Below, piece after piece: positions 41,891 through 55,900 of a stretch of 64,000 nucleotides of DNA. Source of the DNA: the human T2T-CHM13v2.0 reference genome, Homo sapiens; the NCBI RefSeq assembly GCF_009914755.1, contig NC_060925.1, one strand, 5' to 3'. Each line of letters begins with the position of its first letter. Positions within the stretch are counted from its first letter, which is position 1. Below the pieces are notes generated by a model. That model made no database searches. It was not told where the DNA came from and saw only the letters and a list, made by a program, of their open reading frames with translations. The position numbers and the translations under genes are program-made.

Positions 41891-44800
41891 ATCATCATCG
41901 AATGGAATCGAATGGAATCATCGAATGGACTCGAATGGAATAATCATTGAACGGAATCGAATGGAATCATCATCGGATGGAAATGAATGGAATCATCATC
42001 GAATGGAATCGAATAGAATTATGGAATGAAATCCAGTGTGATCATCATCGAATGGACCCGAATGGAATCATCATCCAACGGAAGCTAATGGAATCAACAT
42101 CGAATGAATCCAATGGAAACACCATCGAATTGAAACGAATGGAATTACCATGAAATTGAAATGGATGGACTCATCATCAAATGGATTCGAGTGGAATCAT
42201 CGAATAAAATTGATTGAAATCATCATCGAATGGAATCGAATGGTATCATTGAATGGAATCGAATGGAATCATCATTAGATGGAAATGAAAGGAATCGTCT
42301 TAGAATGGAATCGAATGGATTCATTGAATGGAATCAGATGGAATCCTTGAATGGACTGGAATGGAATCATTGAATGGACTCGAAAGGGATCATTATTGAA
42401 TGGAATGGAATGGAATCATCGAATGGTCTCGATTGGAATCATTATCAAATGGAATCGAATGGAATCACCGAATAGAATCTAATGGAACAATCATCGAATG
42501 GACTCAAATGGAATTATCCTCAAATGGAATTGAATGGAATTATCGAATGCAATCGAATGGAATTATCGAATGCAATCGAATAGAATCATCGAATGGACTC
42601 GAATGGAATCATCGAATGGAATGGAATGGAACAGTCAATGAACTCGAATGGAATCATCATTGAATGGAATCGAATGGAATCATCGAGTGGAATCGAATGT
42701 AATCATCATCAAATGGAATCAAAAATAACCATCATCAAATGGAATCAAAAATAACCATCATCAATTGGTATTGAATGGAATTCTCATCAAATGGAATTCA
42801 AAGGAATCATCATCAAATGGAACCGAATGGAATCCTCATTGAATGGAAATGAAAGGGGTCATCATCTAATGGAATCGCATGGAATCATCATAAAATGGAA
42901 TCGAATGGAATCAACATCAAATAGAATCAAATGGAATCATTGAACGGAATTGAATGGAATGGTCATCGAAAGAATTGAATGCAATCATCGAATGGTCTCG
43001 AATGGAATCATCTTCAAATGGAATGGAATGGAATCATCGCATAGAATCGAATGGAATTATCATCGAATGGCATCGAATGGAATCAACACCAAACGGAAAA
43101 AAACGGAATTATCTAATGGAATCGAAGAGAATCATCGAATGGACCAGAATGGATCATCTAATGGAATGGAATGGAATAATCCATGGACTCGAATGCAATC
43201 ATCATCGAATGGAATCGAATGGAATCATCGAATGGACTCGAATGGAATAATCATTGAACGGAATCGAATGGAATCATCATCGGATGGAAACGAATGGAAT
43301 CATCATCGAATGGAAATGAAAGGAGTCATCATCTAATGGAATTGCATGGAATCATCATCAAATGGAATCGAATGGAATCAACATCAAATGCAATCAAATG
43401 GAATCATTGAACGGAATTGAATGGAATCGTCATCGAATGAATTGAATGCAATCATCGAATGGTCTCGAATGGAATCATCTTCAAATGGAATGGAATGGAA
43501 TCATCGCATAGAATCGAATGGAATTATCATCGAATGGAATCGAATGGAATCAACATCAAATGGAAACAAAAGGAATTATTGAGCGGAATTAAATGGAATC
43601 GTCAACGAATGAATTGAATGCAATCATCGAACGGTCTCGAATGGAATCATCTTCAAATGGAATGGAATGGAATCATCGCATAGAATCGAATGGAATTATC
43701 ATCGAATGGAATCGAATGGAATCAACATCAAACGGAAAAAAACGGAATTATCGAATGGAATCGAAAAGAATCATCGAATGGTCCCGAATGGAATCATCTA
43801 ATGGAATGGAATGGAATAATCCATGGACTCGAATGCAATCATCATCGAATGGAATCGAATGGAATCATCGAATGGACTCGAATGGAATAATCATTGAACG
43901 GAATCGAATGGAATCATCATCGGATGGAAATGAATGGAATCATCATCGAATGGAATCGAATAGAATTATGGAATGAAATCCAGTGTGATCATCATCGAAT
44001 GGACCCGAATGGAATCATCATCCAACGGCAGCTAATGGAATCAACATCGAATGAATCGAATGGAAACACCATCGAATTGAAACGAATGGAATTATCATGA
44101 AATTGAAATGGATGGACTCATCATCGAATGGATTCGAATGGAATCATCGAATAAAATTGATTGAAATCATCATCAAATGGAATCGAATGGTATCATTGAA
44201 TGGAATCGAATGGAATCATCATCAGATGGAAATGAATGGAATCGTCATAGAATGGAATCGAATGGATTCATTGAATGGAATCAGATGGAATCATCGAATG
44301 GACTGGAATGGAATCATTGAATGGACTCGAAAGGGATCATTATTGAATGGAATTGAATGGAATCATCGAATGGTCTCGATTGGAATCATTATCAAATGGA
44401 ATCGAATGGAATCACCGAATAGAATCGAATGGAACAATCATCGAATGGACTCAAATGGAATTATCCTCAAATGGAATGGAATGGAATTATCGACTGCAAT
44501 CGAATGGAATTATCGAATGCAATCGAATAGAATCATCGAATGGACTCGAATGGAATCATCGAATGGAATGGAATGGAACAGTCAATGAACTCGAATGGAA
44601 TCATCATTGAATGGAATCGAATGGAATCATCGAGTGGAATCGAATGGAATTATGATCAAATGGAATCGAATGTAATCATCATCAAATGGAATCAAAAATA
44701 ACCATCATCAATTGGTATTGAATGGAATTGTCATCAAATGGAATTCAAAGGAATCATCATCAAATGGAACCGAATGGAATCCTCATTGAATGGAAATGAA

Positions 44801-47800
44801 AGGGGTCATCATCTAATGGAATCGCATGGAATCATCATCAAATGGAATCGAAAGGAATCATCATCAAATGGAATCTGATGGAATCATTGAACAGAATTGA
44901 ATGGAATCGTCATCGAATGAATTGAATGCACTCATCGAATGGTCTCGAATGGAATCATCTTCTAATGGAAAGGAATGGAATCATCGCATAAAATCGAATG
45001 GAATTAACATTGAATGGACTCGAATGGAATCAACATCAAACGGAATCAAGCCGAATTATCGAATGGAATCGAAGAGAATCATAGAATGGACTCGAATGGA
45101 ATCATCTAATGGAATGGAATGGAATAATCCACGGACCCGAATGCAATCATCATCGAATGGAATCGAATGGAATCATCGAATGGACTCGAATGGAATAAAC
45201 ATTGAACGGAATCGAATGGAATCATCATCGGATGGAAACGAATGGAATCATCATCGAATGGAAATGAAAGGAATCATCATCTAATGGAATTGCATGGAAT
45301 CATCATCAAATGGAATCGAATGGAATCAACATCAAATGGAATCAAATGGAATCATTGAACGGAATTGAATGGAATCGTCATCGAATGAATTGAATGCAAT
45401 CATCGAATGGTCTCGAATGGAATCATCTTCAAATGGAATGGAAAGGAATCATCGCATAGAATCGAATGGAATTATCATCGAATGGAATCGAATCGTATCA
45501 ACATCAAACGGAAAAAAACGGAATTATCGAATGGAATCGAAGAGAATCTTCGAACGGACCCGAATGGAATCATCTAATGGAATGGAATGGAACAATCCAT
45601 GGACTGGAAGGCAAATATCATTGAACGGAATCGAATGGAATCATCATCGGATGGACACGACTGGAATCATCATCGAATGGAAATGAAAGGAGTCATCATC
45701 TAATGGAATTGCATGGAATCATCATAAAATGGAATCAAATGGAATCAACATCAAATGGAATCAAATGGAATCATTGAACGGAATTGAATGGAATCGTCAT
45801 CGAATGAATTGAATGCAATCATCGAATGGTCTCGAATGGAATCATCTTCAAATGGAATGGAATGGAATCATCGCATAAATTCGAATGGAATTATCATCGA
45901 ATGGAATCGAATGGAATCAACATCAAACGGAAAAAAACGGAATTATCGAATGGAATCGAATAGAATCATCGAATGGACCCGAATGGAATCATCTAATGGA
46001 ATGGAATGGAATAATCCATGGACTCGAATGCAATCATCATCGAATGGAATCGAATGGAATCATCCAATGGACTCGAATGGAATAATCATTGAACGGAATC
46101 GAATGGAACCATCATCGGATGGAAATGAATGGAATCATCATCGAATGGAATCGAATAGAATTATGGAATGAAATCCAGTGTGATCATCATCGAATGGACC
46201 CGAATTGAATCATCATCCAACGGATGCTAATGGAATCAACATCGAATGAATCAAATGGAAACACCATCGAATTGAAACGAATGGAATTACAATGAAATTG
46301 AAATGGATGGACTCATCATCGAATGGATTCGAATGGAATCATCGAATAAAATTGATTGAAATCATCATCGAATGGAATCGAATGGTATCATTGAATGGAA
46401 TCGAATGGAATCATCATCAGATGGAAATGAATGGAATCGTCATAGAATGGAATCGAATGGATTCATTGAATGGAATCAGATGGAATCATCGAATGGACTG
46501 GAAAGGAATCATTGAATGGACTCGAAAGAGATCATTATTGAATGGAATTGAATGGAATCATCGAATGGTCTCGATTGGAATCATTATCAAATGGAATCGA
46601 ATGGAATCACCGAATAGAATCGAATGGAACAATCATCGAATGGACTCAAATTGAATTATCCTCAAATGGAATCGAATGGAATTATCGAATGCAATCGAAT
46701 GGAAATATCGAATGCAATCGAATAGAATCATCGAATGGACTCGAATGGAATCATCGAATGGAATGGAATGGAACAGTCAATGAAGTCGAATGGAATCATC
46801 ATTGAATGGAATCGAATGGAATCATCGAGTGGAATCGAATGGAATTATGAACAAATGGAATCGAATGTAATCATCATCAAATGGAATCAAAAATAACCAT
46901 CATCAATTGGTATTGAATGGAATTGTCATCAAATGGAATTCAAAGGAAACATCATCAAATGGAACCGAATGGAATCCTCATTGAATGGAAATGAAAGGGG
47001 TCATCATCTAATGGAATCGCATGGAATCATCATCAAATGGAATCGAATGGAATCATCATCAAATGGAATCTAATGGAATCATTGAACAGAATTGAATGGA
47101 ATCGTCATCGAATGAATTGAATGCAATCATCGAATGGTCTCGAATGGAATCATCTTCTAATGGAAAGGAACGGAATCATCTCATAGAATCGAATGGAATT
47201 ATCATCGAATGGAATCGAATGGTATCAACACCAAACGGAAAAAAACGGAATTATCGAATGGAATCGAAGAGAATCTTCGAACGGACCCGAATGGAATCAT
47301 CTAATGGAATGGAATGGAATAATCCATGGACTCGAATGCAATCATCATCGAATGGAATCGAATGGAATCATCGAATGGACTCGAATGGAATAATCATTGA
47401 ACGGAATCGAATGGAATCATCATCGGATGGAAACGAATGGAATCATCATCGAATGGAAATGAAAGCAGTCATCATCTAATGGAATTGCATGGAATCATCA
47501 TAAAATGGAATCGAATGGAATCAACATCAAATGGAATCAAATGGAATCATTGAACGGAATTGAATGGAATCGTCATCGAATGAATTGAATGCAATCATCG
47601 AATGGTCTCGAATGGAATCATCTTCAAATGGAAGGGAATGGAATCATCGCATAGAATCGAATGGAATTATCATCGAATGGAATCGAATGGAATCAACATC
47701 AAACGGAAAAAAACGGAATTATCGAATGGAATCGAAGAGAATCATCGAATGGACCCGAATGGAATCATCTAATGGAATGGAATGGAATAATCCATGGACT

Positions 47801-50610
47801 CGAATGCAATCATCATCGAATGGAATCGAATGGAATCATCGAATGGACTCGAATGGAATAATCATTGAACGGAATCGAATGGAATCATCATCGGATGGAA
47901 ATGAAAGGAGTCATCATCTAATGGAATTGCATGGAATCATCATCAAATGGAATCGAATGGAATCAACATCAAATGGAATCAAATGGAATCATTGAACGGA
48001 ATTGAATGGAATCGTCATCGAATGAATTGAATGCAATCATCGAATGGTCTCGAATGGAATCTTCTTCAAATGGAATGGAATGGAATCATCGCATAGAATC
48101 GAATGGAATTATCATCGAATGGAATCGAATGGTATCAACATCAAACGGAAAAAAACGGAATTATCGAATGGAATCGAAGAGAATCTTCGAACGGACCCGA
48201 ATGGAATCATCTAATGGAATGGAATGGAATAATCCATGGACTCGAATGCAATCATCATCGAATGGAATCGAATGGAATCATTGAAAGGACTCGAATGGAA
48301 TAATCATTGAACGGAATCGAATGGAATCATCATGGGATGGAAATGAATGGAATCATCATCGAATGGAATCGAATAGAATTATGGAATGAAATCCAGTGTG
48401 ATCATCATCGAATGGACCCGAATGGAATCATCATCCAACGGAAGCTAATGGAATCAACATCGAATGAATCGAATGGAAACACCATCGAATTGAAACGAAT
48501 GGAATTACCATGAAATTGAAATGGATGCACTCATCATCGAATGGATTCGAATGGAATCATCGAATAAAATTGATTGAAATCATCATCGAATGGAATCGAA
48601 TGGTATCATTGAATGGAATCGAATGGAATCATCATCAGATGGAAATGAATGGAATCGTCATAGAATGGGATCGAATGGATTCATTGAATGGAATCAGATG
48701 GAATCATCGAATGGACTGGAATGGAATCATTGAATGGACTCGAAAGGGATCATTATTGAATGGAATTGAATGGAATCATCGAATGGTCTCGATTGGAATC
48801 ATTATCAAATGGAATCGAATGGAATCACCGAATAGAATCGAATGGAACAATCATCGAATGGACTCAAATGGAATTATCCTCAAATGGAATCGAATGGAAT
48901 TATCGAATGCAATCGAATGGAATTATCGAATGCAATCCAATAGAATCATCGAATGGACTCGAATGGAATCATCGAATGGAATGGAATGGAACAGTCAATG
49001 AACTCGAATGGAATCATCATTGAATGGAATCGAATGGAATCATCGAGTGGAATCGAATGGAATTATGATCAAATGGAATCGAATGTAATCATCATCAAAT
49101 GGAATCAAAAATAACCATCATCAATTGGTATTGAATGGAATTGTCATCAAATGGAATTCAAAGGAATCATCATCAAATGGAACCGAATGGAATCCTCATT
49201 GAATGGAAATGAAAGGGGTCATCATGTAATGGAATCGCATGGAATCATCATCAAATGGAATCGAATGGAATCATCATCAAATGGAATCTAATGGAATCAT
49301 TGAAAGAATTGAATGGAATCATCATCGAATGAATTGAATGCAATCATCGAATGGTCTCGAATGGAATCATCTTCTAATGGAAAGGAATGGAATCATCGCA
49401 TAGAATCGAATGGAATTATCATCGAATGGAATCGAATGGTATCAACACCAAACGGAAAAAAACGGAATTATCGAATGGAATCGAAGAGAATCATCGAATG
49501 GACCCGAATGGAATCATCTAATGGAATGGAATGGAATAATCCATGGACTCGAATGCAATCATCATCGAATGGAATCGAATGGAATCATCGAATGGAATCG
49601 AATGGAATAATCATTGAACGGAATCGAATGGAATCATCATCGGATGGAAACGAATGGAATCATCATCGAATGGAATCGAATAGAATTATGGAATGAAATC
49701 CAGTGTGATCATCATCGAATGGACCCGAATGGAATCATCATCCAACGGAAGCTAATGGAATCAACATCGAATGAATCAAATGGAAACACCATCGAATTGA
49801 AACGAATGGAATTACCATGAAATTGAAATGGATGGACTCATCATCGAATGGATTCGAATGGAATCATCGAATAAAATTGATTGAAATCATCATCGAATGG
49901 AATCGAATGGTATCATTGAATGGAATCGAATGGAATCATCATCAGATGGAAATGAATGGAATCGTCATAGAATGGAATCGAATGGATTCATTGAATGGAA
50001 TCAGATGGAATCATTGAATGCACTGGAATGGAATCATTGAATGGACTCGAAAGGGATCATGATTGAATGGAATTGAATGGAATCATCGAATGGTCTCGAT
50101 TGGAATCATTATCAAATGGAATCGAATGGAATCACTGAATAGAATCGAATGGAACAATCATCGAATGGACTCAAATGGAATTATCCTCCAATGGAATCGA
50201 ATGGAATTATCGAATGCAATCGAATGGAATTATCGAATGCAATCGAATAGAATCATCGAATGGACTCGAATGGAATCATCGAATGGAATGGAATGGAACA
50301 GTCAATGAACTCGAATGGAATCATCATTGAATGGAATCATCGAGTGGAATCGAAAGGAATTATGATCAAATGGAATCGAACGTAATCATCATCAAATGGA
50401 ATCAAAAATAACCATCATCAATTGGTATTGAATGGAATTGTCATCAAATGGAATTCAAAGGAATCATCATCAAATGGAACCGAATGGAATCCTCATTGAA
50501 TGGAAATGAAAGGGGTCATCATCTAATGGAATCGCATGGAATCATCATCAAATGGAATCGAATGGAATCATCATCAAATGGAATCTAATGGAATCATTGA
50601 AAAGAATTGA

Positions 50611-52959
50611 ATGGAATCGTCATCGAATGAATTTAATGCAATCATCGAATGGTCTCGAATGGAATCATCTTCTAATGGAAAGGACTGGAATCATCGCATA
50701 GAATCGAATGGAATTATCATCGAATGGAATCGAATGGTATCAACACCAAACGGAAAAAAACGGAATTATCGAATGGAATCGAAGAGAATCTTCGAACGGA
50801 CCCGAATGGAATCATCTAATGGAATGGAATGGAATAATCCATGGACACGAATGCAATCATCATCGAATGGAATCGAATGGAATCATCGAATGGACTCGAA
50901 TGGAATAATCATTGAACGGAATCGAATGGAATCATCATCGGATGGAAACGAATGGAATCATCATCGAATGGAAATGAAAGGAGTCATCATCTAATGGAAT
51001 TGCATGGAATCATCATCAAATGGAATCGAATGGAATCATCATCAAATGGAATCTAATGGAATCATTGAAAGAATTGAATGGAATCTTCATCGAATGAATT
51101 GAATGCAATCATCGAATGGTCTCGAATGGAATCATCTTCTAATGGAAAGGAATGGAATCATCGCATAGAATCGAATGGAATTATCATCGAATGGAATCGA
51201 ATGGTATCAACACCAAACGGAAAAAAACGGAATTATCGAATGGAATCGAAGAGAATCTTCGAACGGACCCGAATGGAATCATCTAATGGAATGGAATGGA
51301 ATAATCCATGGACTCGAATGCAATCATCATCGAATGGAATCGAATGGAATCATCGAATGGACTCGAATGGAATAATCATTGAACGGAATCGAATGGAATC
51401 ATCATCGGATGGAAACGAATGGAATCATCATCGAATGGAAATGAAAGGAGTCATCATCTAATGGAATTGCATGGAATCATCATAAAATGGAATCGAATGG
51501 AATCAACATCAAATGGAATCAAATGGAATCATTGAACGGAATTGAATGGAATCGTCATCGAATGAATTGAATGCAATCATCGAATGGTCTCGAATGGAAT
51601 CATCTTCAAATTGAATGGAATGGAATCATCGCATAGAATCGAATGGAATTATCATCGAATGGAATCGAATGGAATCAACATCAAACGGAAAAAAACGGAA
51701 TTATCGAATGGAATCGAAGAGAATCATCGAATGGACCCGAATGGAATCATCTAATGGAATGGAATGGAATAATCCATGGACTCGAATGCAATCATCATCG
51801 AATGGAATCGAATGGAATCATCGAATGGACTCGAATGGAATAATCATTGAACGGAATCGAATGGAATCATCATCGGATGGAAATGAAAGGAGTCATCATC
51901 TAATGGAATTGCATGGAATCATCATAAAATGGAATCGAATGGAATCAACATCAAATGGAATCAAATGGAATCATTAAACGGAATTGAATGGAATCGTCAT
52001 CGAATGAATTGAATGCAATCATCGAATGGTCTCGAATGGAATCATCTTCAAATGGAATGGAATGGAATCATCGCATAGAATCGAATGGAATTATCATCGA
52101 ATGGAATCGAATGGAATCAACATCAAACGGAAAAAAACGGAATTATCGAATGGAATCGAAGAGAATCATCGAATGGACCCGAATGGAATCATCTAATGGA
52201 ATGGAATGGAATAATCCATGGACTCGAAAGCAATCATCATCGAATGGAATCGAATGGAATCATCGAATGGACTCGAATGGAATAATCATTGAACGGAATC
52301 GAATGGAATCATCATCGGATGGAAACGAATGGAATCATCATCGAATGGAAATGAAAGGAGTCATCATCTAATGGAATTGCATGGAATCATCATAAAATGG
52401 AATCGAATGGAATCAACATCAAATGGAATCAAATGGAATCATTGAACGGAATTGAATGGAATCGTCATCGAATGAATTGAATGCAATCATCGAATGGTCT
52501 CGAATGGAATCATCTTCAAATGGAATGGAATGGAATCATCGCATAGAATCGAATGGAATTATGATCGAATGGAATCGAATGGAATCAACATCAAACGGAA
52601 AAAAACGGAATTATCGAATGGAATCGAAGAGAATCATCGAATGGACCCGAATGGAATCATCTAATGGAATGGAATGGAATAATCCATGGACTCGAATGCA
52701 ATCATCATCGAATGGAATCGAATGGAATCATCGAATGGACTCGAATGGAATAATCATTGAACGGAATCGAATGGAATCATCATCGGATGGAAATGAATGG
52801 AATCATCATCGAATGGAATCGAATAGAATTATGGAATGAAATCCAGTGTGATCATCATCGAATGGACCCGAATGGAATCATCATCCAACGGAAGCTAATG
52901 GAATCAACATCGAATGAATCGAATGGAAACACCATCGAATTGAAACGAATGGAATTATC
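50611..52959 (+). repeat. Run of five consecutive module starts (longest unit, 3143 bp)
   Basis: Module starts at 50611, 51078, 51546, 51988 and 52456 give spacings of 467, 468, 442 and 468 bp. Confidence 0.88.
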
Positions 52960-55900
52960 ATGAAATTGAAATGGATGGACTCATCATCGAATGGATTCGA
53001 ATGGAATCATCGAATAAAATTGATTGAAATCATCATCGAATGGTATCGAATGGTATCATTGAATAGAATCGAATGGAATCATCATCAGATGGAAATGAAT
53101 GGAATCGTCATAGAATGGAATCGAATGGATTCATTGAATGGAATCAGATGGAATCATCGAATGGACTGGAATGGAATCATTGAATGGACTCGAAAGGGAT
53201 CATTATTGAATGGAATTGAATGGAATCATTGAATGGTCTCGATTGGAATCATTATCAAATGGAATCGAATGGAATCACCGAATAGAATCGAATGGAACAA
53301 TCATCGAATGGACTCAAATGGAATTATCCTCAAATGGAATCGAATGGAATTATCGAATGCAATCGAATGGAATTATCGAATGCAATCGAATAGAATCATC
53401 GAATGCACTCGAATGGAATCATCGAATGGAATGGAATGGAACAGTCAATGAACTCGAATGGAATCATCATTGAATGGAATCGAATGGAATCATCGAGTGG
53501 AATCGAATGGAATTATGATCAAATGGAATCGAATGTAATCATCATCAAATGGAATCAAAAATAACCATCATCAATTGGTATTGAATGGAAATGTCATCAA
53601 ATGGAATTCAAAGGAATCATCATCAAATGGAACTGAATGGAATCCTCATTGAATGGAAATGAAAGGGGTCATCATCTAATGGAATCGCATGGAATCATCA
53701 TCAAATGGAATCGAATGGAATCATCATCAAATGGAATCTGATGGAATCATTGAACAGAATTGAATGGAATCGTCATCGAATGAATTGAATGCAATCATCG
53801 AATGGTCTCGAATGTAATCACATTCTAATGGAAAGGAATGGAATCATCGCATAGAATCGAATGGAATTAACATTGAATGGACTCGAATGGAATCAACATC
53901 AAACGGAATCAAGCGGAATTATCGAATGGAATCGAAGAGAATCATCGAATGGTCTCGAATGGAATCATCTTCTAATGGAAAGGAATGGAATCATCGCATA
54001 GAATCGAATGGAATTAACATTGAATGGACTCGAATGGAATCAACATCAAATGGAATCAAGCGGAATTATCGAATGAAATCGAAGAGAATCATCGAATGGA
54101 CTCGAATGGAATCATCTAATGGAATGGAATGGAATAATCCACGGACTCGAATGCAATAATCATCGTTTAGTATCGAATGGAATCATCGAAAGGACTCGAA
54201 TGGAATAACCATTGAACGGAATCGAATGGAATCATCATCGGATGGAAACGAATGGAATCATCATCGAATGGAAATGAAAGGAGTCATCATCTAATGGAAT
54301 TGCATGGAATCATCATAAAATGGAATCGAATGGAATCATCATCAAATGGAATCAAATGGAATCATTGAACGGAATTGAATGGAATCGTCATCGAATGAAT
54401 TGAATGCAATCATCGAATGGTCTCGAATGGAATCATCTTCAAATGGAATGGAATGGAATCATCGCATAGAATCGAATGGAATTATCATCGAATGGAATCG
54501 AATGGTATCAACATCAAACGGAAAAAAACGGAATTATCGAATGGAATCGAAGAGAATCTTCGAACGAACCCGAATGGAATCATCTAATGGAATGGAATGG
54601 AATAATCCATGGACCCGAATGCAATCATCATCGAATGGAATCGAATGGAATCATTGAAAGGACTCGAATGGAATAACCATTGAACGGAATCGAATGGAAT
54701 CATCATCGGATGGAAATGAATGGAATCATCATCGAATGGAATCGAATAGAATTAAGGAATGAAATCCAGTGTGATCATCATCGAATGGACCCGAATGGAA
54801 TCATCATCCAACGGAAGCTAATGGAATCAACATCGAATGAATCGAATGGAAACACCATCGAATTGAAACGAATGGAATTACCATGAAATTGAAATGGATG
54901 GACTCATCATCGAATGGATTCGAATGGAATCATCGAATAAAATTGATTGAAATCATCATCGAATGGAATCGAATGGTATCATTGAATGGAATCGAATGGA
55001 ATCATCATCAGATGGAAATGAATGGAATCGTCATAGAATGGAATCGAATGGATTCATTGAATGGAATCAGATGGAATCATCGAATGGACTGGAATGGAAT
55101 CATTGAATGGACTCGAAAGGGATCATTATTGAATGGAATTGAATGGAATCATCGAATGGTCTCGATTGGAATCATTATCAAATGGAATCGAATGGAATCA
55201 CCGAATAGAATCGAATGGAACAATCATCGAATGGACTCAAATGGAATTATCCTCAAATGGAATCGAATGGAAATATCGAATGGAATTATCGAATGCAATC
55301 GAATGGAATTATCGAATGCAATCGAATAGAATCATCGAATGGACTCGAATGGAATCATCGAATGGAATGGAATGGAACAGTCAATGAACTCGAATGGAAT
55401 CATCATTGAATGGAATCGAATGGAATCATCGAGTGGAATCGAATGGAATTATGATCAAATGGAATCGAATGTAATCATCATCAAATGGAATCAAAAATAA
55501 CCATCATCAATTGGTATTGAATGGAATTGTCATCAAATGGAATTTAAAGGAATCATCATCAAATGGAACCGAATGGAATCCTCATTGAATGGAAATGAAA
55601 GGGGTCATCATCTAATGGAATCGCATGGAATCATCATCAAATGGAATCGAATGGAATCATCATCAAATGGAATCCAATGGAATCATTGAAAGAATTGAAT
55701 GGAATGGTCATCGAATGAATTGAATGCAATCATCGAATGGTCTCGAATGGAATCATCTTCTAATGGAAAGGAATGGAAACATCGCATAGAATCGAATGGA
55801 ATTATCATCGAATGGAATCGAATGGTATCAACACCAAACGGAAAAAAACGGAATTATCAAATGGAATCGAAGAGAATCTTCGAACGGACCCGAATGGAAT

